DNA of 64,000 nucleotides from Phycisphaerae bacterium (GTDB lineage: Bacteria; Planctomycetota; Phycisphaerae; Phycisphaerales; SM1A02), in contig VGXN01000002.1 of NCBI GenBank assembly GCA_016873335.1, positions 4,785-68,784 on the forward strand. Reading direction: 5' to 3'. Positions 53,579 through 62,240 of the stretch are shown here, piece by piece. The stretch's first letter is position 1. Every line of letters starts with the position of its first letter. The notes beneath the pieces were generated by a model. The model ran no database searches. It was not told the origin of the DNA and saw only the letters and a program-made list of their open reading frames with translations. The translations under genes and the position numbers were made by a program.

Positions 53579-55051
53579 TCACGCCACCTTGCCGAGCGCG
53601 CGCTCGATGATCTCGAAGACGGGAGTGAACTGCGCGGGCTCCATCACGCCAATGGGCGGCAGCAGACGCAGGTGATAGGGATCGTGACCACAGGTGAGCG
53701 CAATGACACCCTCGTCGAACATCGCTTTGAGCAGCACATTCAAGCGCTCCTTGCTGCCGCCGAGCGGTGAGAGACGCATCATGCCGCCCGTGCCACCGAC
53801 ATGCGAAAGCTGCGGTCGCCCGAAGCTGTCGAGGACAGGCGGGAAGAACTCGGGGCGGCGCCGCACAAGATCCTCGGCTCGTTCGCGGAACGCGCGGTGC
53901 AGCGCAGCGATGCGCCCACTCGGTCCGTAGTAGCCGCCGTCGCGCAGCGTTTCGAGCGCACGCCGACCGACATGGAATGCGCTCGCACTCGCGCTGAAGG
54001 TGCCCGCAAGCAGCCCAGGCTGCGGGTTGAACTCCTCGCGGAACAGACACGCACACACTTGACTCAGTTTTCCAACGGTGGCGACATCGATGTACTCACC
54101 GAGCCCGAGCGTCTCAAACGCAAACATGCACTCGGTGCGACCGAACGATTGCACTTCATCCGCCCACACCGGGATGCCGCTCTCGCGGCAGATGCGCATG
54201 AGTGCTTCAAAGTACGAGCGCGGCGCAACGCGGAAGCCGCCCTCACCCTGCACCAACTCCATCACGAAGCACGCGTGCTGCTTCGGATAGCGCGCGACAA
54301 GTTGCTTCAGATGCCAGACAGCGATTTCGGTCGAACGAGCGCCGAGCGTCTCGTCGTAGAACGGCATGTAGTCGACGAGGATGTTCTGCACCAGACCCTG
54401 CCGATAGCCGGCCGTGTCGCCGATCTGACTCATGGTGGTCGAGCGCCCCATGAAGCAGTCGGCGAAGGCGATGATGCGCGGTGCGCTGCCCGTCTTCTGC
54501 TGGCACACCTTGAGTGCGTTCTCATTCGCCATGCAACCGGAGTTGGTGATGAAGCAGTGGCGCAGCGCGCTCGTGCGCGCCGCCTCCTTCTGGAGGATCT
54601 CAGCGACCGCGAGCACATCGGCATTGGGCTGCAAGTGGCCGCCCATGCAGATATCCGAGAGCGCGCCGATCACGGCGGCCTCCACCATGCGGGGATCCGA
54701 GTGTCCAAACATGTGAACGCCGATGCCGCTGATCATGTCCCACTTGACGCTGCCATCGGCGAGCTGCACCAGCGCGCCATTGCCGATGCCCGCACCGATG
54801 TAGGGGTACATCGTGGGCCGCCCGCGGAGCGTGTTGTGCTGCTGCAGCCACGCCGCAGCGGCGGCCGCGCGCGCAGGATCCGCTGGCCGAACGCCGGTGA
54901 TTCCCGCCTGGAAACGCCGCAGTTCCGACAGAATCGCATCGACCGCGGCGCGAACGGCGGGCACCTGCATCAGCGGCGGCGTTCCATCGAGCGCACTGAC
55001 ACTCGCAGCAGTCGCAGCGGGTTGGGTGGGCGCCGAGGTCATGTTCGGCAT
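53579..55051 (-). CDS. Class-III (PLP fold-type I) aminotransferase with N-terminal extension
   Basis: …FITNSGCMANENALK…, …VMELVQGEGGF…, …IPVWADEVQSFGRTE…, …DVATVGKLSQV… (Schiff-base Lys context). At 490 aa it is longer than AstC/ArgD and lysine-6-aminotransferase-like by eye. Confidence 0.75.
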   Translation of the reverse strand: MPNMTSAPTQPAATAASVSALDGTPPLMQVPAVRAAVDAILSELRRFQAGITGVRPADPARAAAAAAWLQQHNTLRGRPTMYPYIGAGIGNGALVQLADGSVKWDMISGIGVHMFGHSDPRMVEAAVIGALSDICMGGHLQPNADVLAVAEILQKEAARTSALRHCFITNSGCMANENALKVCQQKTGSAPRIIAFADCFMGRSTTMSQIGDTAGYRQGLVQNILVDYMPFYDETLGARSTEIAVWHLKQLVARYPKQHACFVMELVQGEGGFRVAPRSYFEALMRICRESGIPVWADEVQSFGRTECMFAFETLGLGEYIDVATVGKLSQVCACLFREEFNPQPGLLAGTFSASASAFHVGRRALETLRDGGYYGPSGRIAALHRAFRERAEDLVRRRPEFFPPVLDSFGRPQLSHVGGTGGMMRLSPLGGSKERLNVLLKAMFDEGVIALTCGHDPYHLRLLPPIGVMEPAQFTPVFEIIERALGKVA

Positions 55052-56265
55052 GGTACGGGCGGGCGTTCCATGATCCGCTGCATCAGCAGCGCAAGAATCG
55101 CGGCGCGCTCACACAAGCTGTTCACCACCACAAACTCATCCGTGCGGTGCAAGTTGCCGCCGCGGACACCCAGTCCATCCAAGCATGGCAGACCCGCATG
55201 CTGCAGCACATTCGCATCGCTTACGCCACCCGTGGCAACCGCAGTGCACACGCATCCCACCTTCGCCGCGCACTCGACTGCGCACGCCGCGAGCGCTTGC
55301 ACCGCTTCGGTCGCCGGCTTCGAAGGGCGGTTGTGCAGCACTTGAACCGTCACGCGCGGCAGCGCGGACTCGCCCGTCGCAATCGCACGCAGTACGCGTT
55401 CCACTTGCGCGCGCGCCGCTGTGCTGAAGTACCGCGCATTGCCCCACGCTGCCGCATCGGCAGGCACGACATTGGTCGCACCACCGCCTTCGAGCGGACC
55501 GATGTTCAGAATGCAGCCGTTCGCGGGATCGTTCGCCGCAAGCACGGTGCAGATGGACTGCGCAAGCGCATGCACCGCCGACACCCCGCGCGCCGCGTCA
55601 CGCCCCGCATGCGCCGCGCGCCCCTTTGCATCGATGCGAAACTGCGCAGAACCGGGGCGTTCCATCACGAAGTCGCTGCCCACGGCGGGCTCAAGCACGA
55701 GTCCGACATCACACTCCTGCGCCACGCGCTCCAGGATCGCCGTGCTTCGGAAACTTCCCGTCTCCTCGTCGGCGTTCAGCAGGAATGTCCAGTGTGGGTG
55801 CACGCCGACTTCCGCAAGCGACTCGAGCGCCGCGAGTGCCACGATCAGACCACCTTTCATGTCCGCTGCGCCAGGGCCCTCGCGCATGCCCCCCTGCTCC
55901 GCGCCCAGTGATCGGAACGCTCCGAAGGGATCGTGCACCGTGTCAAGATGACCGCTGAGCAGCAGTTTCGGTCCGCCCGAGCTGCCGCCGCTCCGCGCGA
56001 TGAGCACATCGCCTTCATCGTCGCCCGACGCTCCTTCGCGCAGCCACTGCGGACGGTCGCCACCCTTCACGCGTTCCACACGCGCACCGAGCGCCTCGAG
56101 CCGCGTACGCATCCACACGCGCGCCGCATCAAGCCCCGGCCGATGACCGCAACCTGTCGGAACTGCGACAAGCGCCGCAAGATCCGCCTCCATCGATCCA
56201 CGCCTTCGATGCGCCGCATCGATCACGCGCTGCTCGGCGGCGGTGACCCGCGCATCACCGCCCAC
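55039..56265 (-). CDS. M20-family metallopeptidase/deacylase (CPG2/DapE/ArgE-like)
   Basis: …LLLSGHLDTVHDP…, …GPGAADMKGGLIVAL…, …NADEETGS…, …GGATNVVP… The start is the GTG at 56265, preceded by GGAGG with a 6-nt spacer. It overlaps the end of dapF by 11 nt. The rest of the 668-aa track ORF overlaps dapF out of frame. Confidence 0.75.
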   Translation of the reverse strand: MGGDARVTAAEQRVIDAAHRRRGSMEADLAALVAVPTGCGHRPGLDAARVWMRTRLEALGARVERVKGGDRPQWLREGASGDDEGDVLIARSGGSSGGPKLLLSGHLDTVHDPFGAFRSLGAEQGGMREGPGAADMKGGLIVALAALESLAEVGVHPHWTFLLNADEETGSFRSTAILERVAQECDVGLVLEPAVGSDFVMERPGSAQFRIDAKGRAAHAGRDAARGVSAVHALAQSICTVLAANDPANGCILNIGPLEGGGATNVVPADAAAWGNARYFSTAARAQVERVLRAIATGESALPRVTVQVLHNRPSKPATEAVQALAACAVECAAKVGCVCTAVATGGVSDANVLQHAGLPCLDGLGVRGGNLHRTDEFVVVNSLCERAAILALLMQRIMERPPVPCRT

Positions 56266-57226
56266 GACACACCTCCAGCGCACCACCCCAGACGCCATCG
56301 AACACATGCGTGGCTGGTCCCCGCATACGAACGGAACCACCCTGCGCATCCCACTCAATCCGCAGCCGTCCCCCCGGCAAGTCGATGTCTGCCGTGTGCG
56401 CGCAACGTTCTTCCAGAGCGCCCGCCACCAGCACGGCACTCGCACCCGTCCCGCACGCGAGCGTGATGCCCGAGCCGCGTTCCCATGTCCGCATGCGAAG
56501 ATGATCGCGCGCGCAGACCGCCGCGAAGTGCACATTGATGCGCTGCGGGAAGAACGCGTGATGCTCGATCGCTGCGCCCACACGCTCAAGCGGAACGCGA
56601 TCGGGATCACCGCACCAGAACACGATGTGCGGATTGCCCATCGACACAAGCGTCGCGGTCGGCTCGGTACGCGAAGCGTTCCACCACCCAAGGTCGGCAT
56701 CCGCATGACTGCCGACGCGAGCAGCATGCGCTGCGATCGCCTCGCGCCACATCGCCTGATCGAAGCGAACACCCACAAGCCGATCGTCGTTCGATGCGCC
56801 ACCCCAACGCACGCCCATCCGCGCGGCGGACAAGATCGGCGCACCCATGTCGACTTCCGCCTCGGACACGAGCCCATCGGCTCCGCGCCACCACCGGACC
56901 GCGAGCACGCCGCGCCCCGTTTCCACGCGCAGCGGATTCGCGGCAGAAATCCCGCGGTCCACCACGAACTTCGCCACACAGCGCAGTCCGTTGCCGCACA
57001 TCTGCGCCTCGCTGCCGTCGGCGTTGAAGATGCGCATGCGCGCATCGGCTGCGCAGCCCACGCTCGGGCGAGCCACCAGAATCACCCCATCACCGCCGAT
57101 GGCGGTGTGCCGATCGCTCACCGCGCGAGCGAGCGCCGCGGGATCCTGCACATGCTCCGCGTCGGCATCGACATACACATAGTCGTTGCCGATGCCGTGC
57201 ATCTTGCTGAAGCGGATGGCGTTCAT
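56255..57226 (-). CDS. dapF: Diaminopimelate epimerase
   Basis: MNAIRFSKMHGIGNDYVYVD…FNADGSEAQMCGNGLRC…VSMGNPH…WERGSGITLACGTGASA includes both catalytic Cys motifs. Confidence 0.9.
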   Translation of the reverse strand: MNAIRFSKMHGIGNDYVYVDADAEHVQDPAALARAVSDRHTAIGGDGVILVARPSVGCAADARMRIFNADGSEAQMCGNGLRCVAKFVVDRGISAANPLRVETGRGVLAVRWWRGADGLVSEAEVDMGAPILSAARMGVRWGGASNDDRLVGVRFDQAMWREAIAAHAARVGSHADADLGWWNASRTEPTATLVSMGNPHIVFWCGDPDRVPLERVGAAIEHHAFFPQRINVHFAAVCARDHLRMRTWERGSGITLACGTGASAVLVAGALEERCAHTADIDLPGGRLRIEWDAQGGSVRMRGPATHVFDGVWGGALEVCRGR

Positions 57227-58683
57227 GCGTCTGGTCGCCGTACTTCGCCAAGGTCGATGACCACCTTGCCGCGGCGATAGAAGTCCGCGTTGATGCGGTC
57301 GCGGTCGATGAAGGTGAACACCAGTCCATTCACGCCCGTCGCGTCCGCGTAGGCGAAGTCGCCCCAGTGCGGTCCTGCGTAGCGGCGGTTGTCATAGGAC
57401 TGCGCGTGGTTGTGAAAGTGGAAGAGCGCGTCGTAGCCCGCCTCGAACATGTTGTTGGATGCCTCGAAGCGCACATCACTGCCCACCTGCACGGGCGTGA
57501 ACTCCACCAGTTCATAGCGCCCCTGCGCATCGAGCCGCAGCAAACCGCCATACTCGGTGCGGCGATCCGCCTGATCACGGTCCGCGATCTCGAACAGATG
57601 CCCCTTCAGCGGCGGTTGACGAAGCGCGTCCCGGGCCACCAGCACCGCAGCGCAGTCGCCCCAGTCGAGGTTCGACGCATGCGCGCGCGGCGTCTCCGCC
57701 AGTTCCGTGCCATACCCCTCGAAGGACGCGCTGTAACGCCGCTCATTCTGTGCGGCCAGCGCCAGGGAAATGTCCTCAAAGAGCTCGTCGCGTGAACGCG
57801 TCAGGAGCGTCGGCTGCGTTCGCGCGACTGCAACGATCACGGCAATGTCCCGCGGCTCAAGCGAAGCGCGGACATCGGGCGGCAGCTTTGCCGCAGCAGC
57901 GCGAGCCTCTTCCCAGAACGCTCGTTTCTCGGGCCTCAGCAGCGCACGCATCCAGAGAATCTCCTCACGGTTCGACGGGATCACGCCGAGATCGTTGGCG
58001 CAGCGGCGCATGTCAAGCACAAACGAGTCGGTCGTTGCAAGCGACTGGTCCGCGAGCAAGTCAAGAATGCGTTGGCGTTCACCCGTGGCGAGCAGCAGCT
58101 CCCAGCAGCGGGCGCGAAGGTTCGCCTCCTTGATCGGATCGCTGCGCAGCAGCAGATCGAGCAGCACCTGCGGCACGCGCTCCTTCCCCCAGAGTTTGCA
58201 CAGCGCGTGATACTCAGGGCGATCGAAGAGTTTGACCGCGAGGATCGGCAGCGGAACCGCCCACGCGCGCACGAGCGTCTGCGTCATGTCCTTCCAGCCA
58301 AGCAGTGCGATGCGGCGACACACCTCGGTGCGCCACTCGTACTGCAGCATGCGCGGCAGGTTGATCTCAAGGACGGACTTCAGCCCCTCTGGGTCGTAGC
58401 GAATCAGCCGCTCCCAAGCCTCGTCGCGCAGTTCGCGCACATAGTCAGACTGCACCACGATGCGCCGCAGCGCCTTCAGGTAGGCGGGATTGGTGGGATC
58501 CGCGTCCAGCAGTTGCATCGCAGCGAGTTGCCGTGCGGGCACGAGGTCGGTGCGCCCGAGCGACTCAAGCGGATCGCCTGCCGGCGTTGCTGCGCAGGAC
58601 GCCATCCATACGCACGAGAATGTCAGCAGCCCTCGCCAACAGCGGCGCAGCAGCCGCGGGCGCGTGCCTTCCGTGGCGTTCAT
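57223..58683 (-). CDS. Hypothetical lipoprotein-like protein with C-terminal HxH...D motif region
   Basis: The N-terminus MNATEGTRPRLLRRCWRGLLTFSCVWMASC is signal/lipobox-like. The middle is helical. The C-terminal …TEYGGLLRLD…ALFHFHNHAQSYDNRRYAGPHWGDFAYADATGVNGLVFTF is faintly reminiscent of JAB/MPN metallo-motifs. The stop overlaps the dapF start (ATGA). An alternative start at 58725 would abut the nfu ATG. Confidence 0.5.
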   Translation of the reverse strand: MNATEGTRPRLLRRCWRGLLTFSCVWMASCAATPAGDPLESLGRTDLVPARQLAAMQLLDADPTNPAYLKALRRIVVQSDYVRELRDEAWERLIRYDPEGLKSVLEINLPRMLQYEWRTEVCRRIALLGWKDMTQTLVRAWAVPLPILAVKLFDRPEYHALCKLWGKERVPQVLLDLLLRSDPIKEANLRARCWELLLATGERQRILDLLADQSLATTDSFVLDMRRCANDLGVIPSNREEILWMRALLRPEKRAFWEEARAAAAKLPPDVRASLEPRDIAVIVAVARTQPTLLTRSRDELFEDISLALAAQNERRYSASFEGYGTELAETPRAHASNLDWGDCAAVLVARDALRQPPLKGHLFEIADRDQADRRTEYGGLLRLDAQGRYELVEFTPVQVGSDVRFEASNNMFEAGYDALFHFHNHAQSYDNRRYAGPHWGDFAYADATGVNGLVFTFIDRDRINADFYRRGKVVIDLGEVRRPDA

Positions 58684-58725
58684 GGCTGCAGTGTAAGGAG
58701 TTCGATCTACACTTCGCTTCGCCAT

Positions 58726-59007
58726 ATGCCATCATCACGAACCAACCGAAGTGAAGCGCGCAGTGACAGTGGCGGCAGCGATGCACTGTTGCCGCGGGTT
58801 CGCGCCGTCGTGGACTTGATGCGCCCTGACATTCAGGCGGACGGCGGCGATGTCGAAGTGGTGGCCGTCGCGGCGGGCATTGTGCAGGTTCGGCTGCATG
58901 GAGCGTGTGTGGGCTGCCCCTCCAGCCGCATGACGTTGCAAGACGGACTGGCGCAGTTGCTACGCGAGCGAATCCCCGAGGTTTCGGGGGTCGAAGCGAT
59001 CAAGTAG
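58726..59007 (+). CDS. NifU C-terminal-domain (Nfu-type) Fe-S cluster carrier
   Basis: …VRAVVDLMRPDIQADGGDVEVVAVAAGIVQVRLHGACVGCPSSRMTLQDGLAQLLRERIPEV is the Nfu CxxC signature. Confidence 0.75.
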   Translation: MPSSRTNRSEARSDSGGSDALLPRVRAVVDLMRPDIQADGGDVEVVAVAAGIVQVRLHGACVGCPSSRMTLQDGLAQLLRERIPEVSGVEAIK

Positions 59008-59091
59008 GAACGGCTGCCCGCAGGAGGAGACACAGACTTGGGCAGGGTGGCACCGGAGGGAGCGCCCAGGTGCGAACGAGATCACGTGCGC

Positions 59092-59325
59092 TCAGGCGCC
59101 GCCTTCAGCGGGCCGAATCTGACCAATGACGTTCTTGGTGGGGTCGACTGCTCCAGCGAGAATCTGCTCCGCCACTTCCTTGCGGTGGACGGCGACCTCA
59201 CGAGGAAACTCAAAGGCAATGCGCACACGGTCACCCTTGATGGAGGCAATGCGAACGATGCCGATCGGTGACGCGGGGTTCCCGATGACGACCTCTTCGC
59301 CTTCTCGTCGAGTGATGACCAGCAT
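59092..59325 (-). CDS. csrA: Carbon storage regulator CsrA
   Basis: MLVITRREGEEVVIGNPASPIGIVRIASIKGDRVRIAFEFPREVAVHRKEV is the CsrA signature (MLiLtR..gE.i.Ig…i.v..i.g..VriGi.AP..v.v.R.Ev). AGGAGG lies 9 nt upstream of the ATG. Confidence 0.9.
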   Translation of the reverse strand: MLVITRREGEEVVIGNPASPIGIVRIASIKGDRVRIAFEFPREVAVHRKEVAEQILAGAVDPTKNVIGQIRPAEGGA

Positions 59326-59530
59326 GCCGTCGGACCTCCTGCCCTGATGCAGCGGGACTTCGCCCGCTGACTTGGTCGGTTCGCCTCCGGCGCACCGTGC
59401 GCCTTCCCTGCGAACAGCTTGGACGACTGTCATCGACCAAGCATCCAACCCACTTGAAGGGTAACCAAGATGGACCTCACGGCGATAAAAATGCGGCAAA
59501 TCAAGCCAAAATTGACCGTTATCGGAGCAT

Positions 59531-59566
59531 AAAAAAGCCCCCGCGTCGGGCCAGTGACGCGGGGGG
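59531..59566 (-). terminator. Rho-independent terminator downstream of mraZ (minus strand)
   Basis: On the minus strand it reads GCCCCCCGCGTC-ACTGGCCC-GACGCGGGGGC followed by TTTTTTAT. It has a 10-bp GC stem and sits about 185 nt after the mraZ stop and about 205 nt upstream of csrA. Confidence 0.75.
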
Positions 59567-59749
59567 CGCAATAACAGCGGCTCCACGCCGACTGTCCGTG
59601 CCCTATCGCCGTCCTGGCTGCGGCACGCCCGAGGGCCATCCGTGGCCCGATGTTCGTGCTCAGGCTGCGCGTCCCTGCAGCGCCCAAGCGTTGTCGATCC
59701 GCGCCCGCATCCTTGCCGGCGCGCGAGGGCTAGTGAGCGTGGCGGTCCT

Positions 59750-60220
59750 TCACCGCGCTCCCCCCTGTCGTGCATTCATCAACTGATTGGCCTGCTGCCA
59801 CAGCGATGCCGTGGTCGCAGTCCTGTCCTTCGCCCCGGCCTTCCATGCCGCGGATGCGATGAGTTCGAGATGATCGCGCACGCCGAGAATCACGATGGAT
59901 CCTGCCAAGCCAAAGCGCGTCAAAAGCCGATCTGGAATTCGCACGCGGCCAGCCGTGTCGAGCGGGCAGCGCGCGGCCTGGCTGTAGAACGATCGCTCGA
60001 AGCGGCGCAGCACATCGTCGCCGATCAACGATCCCTCTTGACTCATTGCCAGACGCTCGAATGTCTTGCTCGGCCACAGCGTCAGCACATCGTCCGCTCC
60101 AGGCACCGCCACAAAATGGTCGCCATTCACCGTTGGATTGAGCACTTCGCGCAGCTCCCTCGGAATGGCCAGACGCTGCTTGGCATCGAGACTGTGTTCG
60201 TATTCGCCGAGGAAGAGCAT
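59750..60220 (-). CDS. mraZ: Transcriptional regulator MraZ
   Basis: MLFLGEYEHSLDAKQRLAIPRELR… and …YSQAARCPLDTAGRVRIPDRLL…VILGVRDHLELI give two SpoVT/AbrB-like halves, each with the DxxxR motif. Confidence 0.85.
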   Translation of the reverse strand: MLFLGEYEHSLDAKQRLAIPRELREVLNPTVNGDHFVAVPGADDVLTLWPSKTFERLAMSQEGSLIGDDVLRRFERSFYSQAARCPLDTAGRVRIPDRLLTRFGLAGSIVILGVRDHLELIASAAWKAGAKDRTATTASLWQQANQLMNARQGGAR

Positions 60221-60290
60221 CGTTGCGGTCCATGGGTGACTGCGCTCACTATACCCACTACGCCCCACTTTGCAACACTTCTCAACAAAA

Positions 60291-60375
60291 ATTGAAGTTT
60301 ACGCCACACATTGAAGTGCCTGCACAAGGTCCGAGAAGAAAAAAGGAGTGCACTCTTGAACCATAAGTCATTGAA
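60291..60375. repeat. ATTGAAGT/ATTGAA direct repeats in the AT-rich mraZ / flavin-reductase intergenic region
   Basis: ATTGAAGT occurs at 60291-60298 and 60310-60317 (19-nt period). ATTGAA occurs at 60370-60375 and cTTGAA at 60355-60360. This is the most AT-rich stretch I saw in this part of the window. Confidence 0.35.
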
Positions 60376-60453
60376 AAACGCATAGTTGTGGACAAGTTTT
60401 CTTATCGCCCTACACTCGCAGTGGCCGTAAGGACAACTGGAGACGCACCTCGC

Positions 60454-61020
60454 ATGCAGACTGACAGGCCAGCAGCCATTCGTTCGAGCGTTGCACATGT
60501 GCTTGACCTTGTGCCTGCTTCCAGATTTCTGCTGACAGCAGCATTCGGTGAACTGCGAAGCGCGGTCATGGTGCGCTTTGTGCAGCAGGTCGCAACACAG
60601 CCGCCGATGCTGCTCATCGCGATGGAAAAGGGACACACCACTTCCCCGATCATCCGCGACGCTCGGAACTTCGCGCTGTGCGTTCTTGATCGGCAGGAAC
60701 GCGTTCTCCCTCGGATGTTTGCCCAGTCGCCTGATCAAGGTGTCGATGCATTCCTCACGGTGCCGCACCTCACGGTGCCCGGCGGCGCGCCCGTACCCAC
60801 GCGGGCGCTCGGGTACATCGCGTGCGAAGTGGTGCGCCATCTCGATATTGAGGCGGATCACGAGGTCTACATCGGCATGGTCCATCACGCAGCGCTGCTC
60901 GATTCGAGCCGCAGCAAGGGACCGCGCCCAGGCGGATCAGGCGCGCATCGTTCCGCTGCGAAGCGTTCGAAGCGAAAGGCGCGTGTGACACGCGTAGCAT
61001 CCCGTCGCCGCGGCGGATGA
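60454..61020 (+). CDS. Flavin reductase-like (FMN-binding split-barrel) domain protein with basic C-terminal tail
   Basis: …FLLTAAFGELRSAVMVRFVQQVATQPPMLLIAMEKGHTTSPIIRDARNFALCVL…GAPVPTRALGYIACEVVRHLDIEADHEVYIGMV follows the flavin-reductase domain pattern. An alternative GTG start is at 60388. Confidence 0.6.
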   Translation: MQTDRPAAIRSSVAHVLDLVPASRFLLTAAFGELRSAVMVRFVQQVATQPPMLLIAMEKGHTTSPIIRDARNFALCVLDRQERVLPRMFAQSPDQGVDAFLTVPHLTVPGGAPVPTRALGYIACEVVRHLDIEADHEVYIGMVHHAALLDSSRSKGPRPGGSGAHRSAAKRSKRKARVTRVASRRRGG

Positions 61021-62240
61021 ACGCGCGCGGCAGATCTGCCGCTCCCGAATCCTCTCACGCCGCGCACCACACTGCTTCGATGATTGCGAACGACTCCAAC
61101 CTGTTCGCGTGGAATTACCGCGCGCGCGCCGCGGAACTCGGCGCACCGATCGTGCCGATCATCGATGCGCATGCGCATGTGGCCGGACTTGACGCGGCGC
61201 CGATCCTGAAGGAGGCAATGGACCTCTACGGCATCGAGCAGATCTGGAGCATGACATCGAACATCGATGATGTCGAGGGACTCCGCCGCATCCTCGGCGA
61301 ACGCATCGCGTTCATTGCGATCCCCAATTGGCGTGCGCCCAATCTGCGCGAGAGCCACGGTCACGGCTACGCGCAGCAGATCCGCAAGTACCACGCGCTC
61401 GGTGCGCGCGTCGCCAAGTTCTGGGCAGCTCCGCGCGGCATCGACATGGGAACGCAAGCGGGCGATCCTGCCCTCATGCGCCTCGACAATCCCGTGCGCG
61501 TCGCGGCGATCGAGACAGCCGTTGAACTTCGCATGACGCTCATGGTGCACGTCGCGGACCCAGACACATGGTTTGCCACCAAGTACGCCGACGCGGCGAA
61601 GTACGGCAGCAAGCGCCAACAGTACGAACCGTTCGAGTCGCTGATGGATCGCTTTCCTGTGCAGTGGATCGCGGCCCACATGGGAGGTTGGCCCGAGGAC
61701 TTGGACTTCCTGGATGGACTGCTCGAGCGGCATCGAAATCTCGTACTCGACGCGAGTGCGACAAAGTGGATGGTGCGGGAAATCTCACGCCATCCACGCG
61801 AACGCGTCCTGCAGTTCTTCACGCGCTGGCGCGACAGACTGCTCTTCGGTTCGGACATCGTCACGAGCAACGCACATCTCACCGAAACGCCCGGTGGCAC
61901 CGAAATGGATTCCAAGGCGCAGAGCCGCGAGAGCGCGTTTGACCTCTATGCGAGCCGCTACTGGGCACTGCGAACGCTCTGGGAAACGGATTGGATTGGA
62001 AGCAGCCCCATCGCCGATGGCGATCTCGCGCTCGTCGATCCGAGCCGCTCGCCGAAGGATTCGCCGACACTGCGCGGCATGAAGTTGCCGCGTGAACTGC
62101 TGCTGCCATTCCTGCGGGAGAACGCGCAGCGAATCCTGCGCGAGGCGGTGCAGCGCAGCGCAAATCAACCCACCGCGCAGCGCGAGTCACTCCACGCGAC
62201 CAGCCAGCGCACCAGCGCCAATCGATCATCCGGCGCGTAA
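61017..62240 (+). CDS. Amidohydrolase-2 (TIM-barrel metal-dependent hydrolase) family protein
   Basis: …IIDAHAHV… (HxH metal motif), …LMVHVADP…, …IAAHMGG…, …LLFGSDIV… The ATG overlaps the upstream stop (ATGA at 61017-61020). An alternative start is at 61080. Confidence 0.65.
   Translation: MNARGRSAAPESSHAAHHTASMIANDSNLFAWNYRARAAELGAPIVPIIDAHAHVAGLDAAPILKEAMDLYGIEQIWSMTSNIDDVEGLRRILGERIAFIAIPNWRAPNLRESHGHGYAQQIRKYHALGARVAKFWAAPRGIDMGTQAGDPALMRLDNPVRVAAIETAVELRMTLMVHVADPDTWFATKYADAAKYGSKRQQYEPFESLMDRFPVQWIAAHMGGWPEDLDFLDGLLERHRNLVLDASATKWMVREISRHPRERVLQFFTRWRDRLLFGSDIVTSNAHLTETPGGTEMDSKAQSRESAFDLYASRYWALRTLWETDWIGSSPIADGDLALVDPSRSPKDSPTLRGMKLPRELLLPFLRENAQRILREAVQRSANQPTAQRESLHATSQRTSANRSSGA

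Noticed and set aside
56266-57045. The upper part of the 668-aa minus-strand ORF, which would fuse to the M20 peptidase.
   Set aside because: It overlaps dapF on the same strand in another frame. dapF has both catalytic Cys motifs, and the extension is Arg/Cys/Trp-rich. A GGAGG-N6-GTG start at 56265 gives a normal-length M20 protein.
60127-60888. A 253-aa minus-strand ORF spanning the mraZ upstream region.
   Set aside because: It overlaps mraZ and lies antisense to the flavin-reductase-like gene. The sequence is Cys/His/Arg-rich with no motif. The AT-rich part of the region is better explained as promoter or operator DNA.
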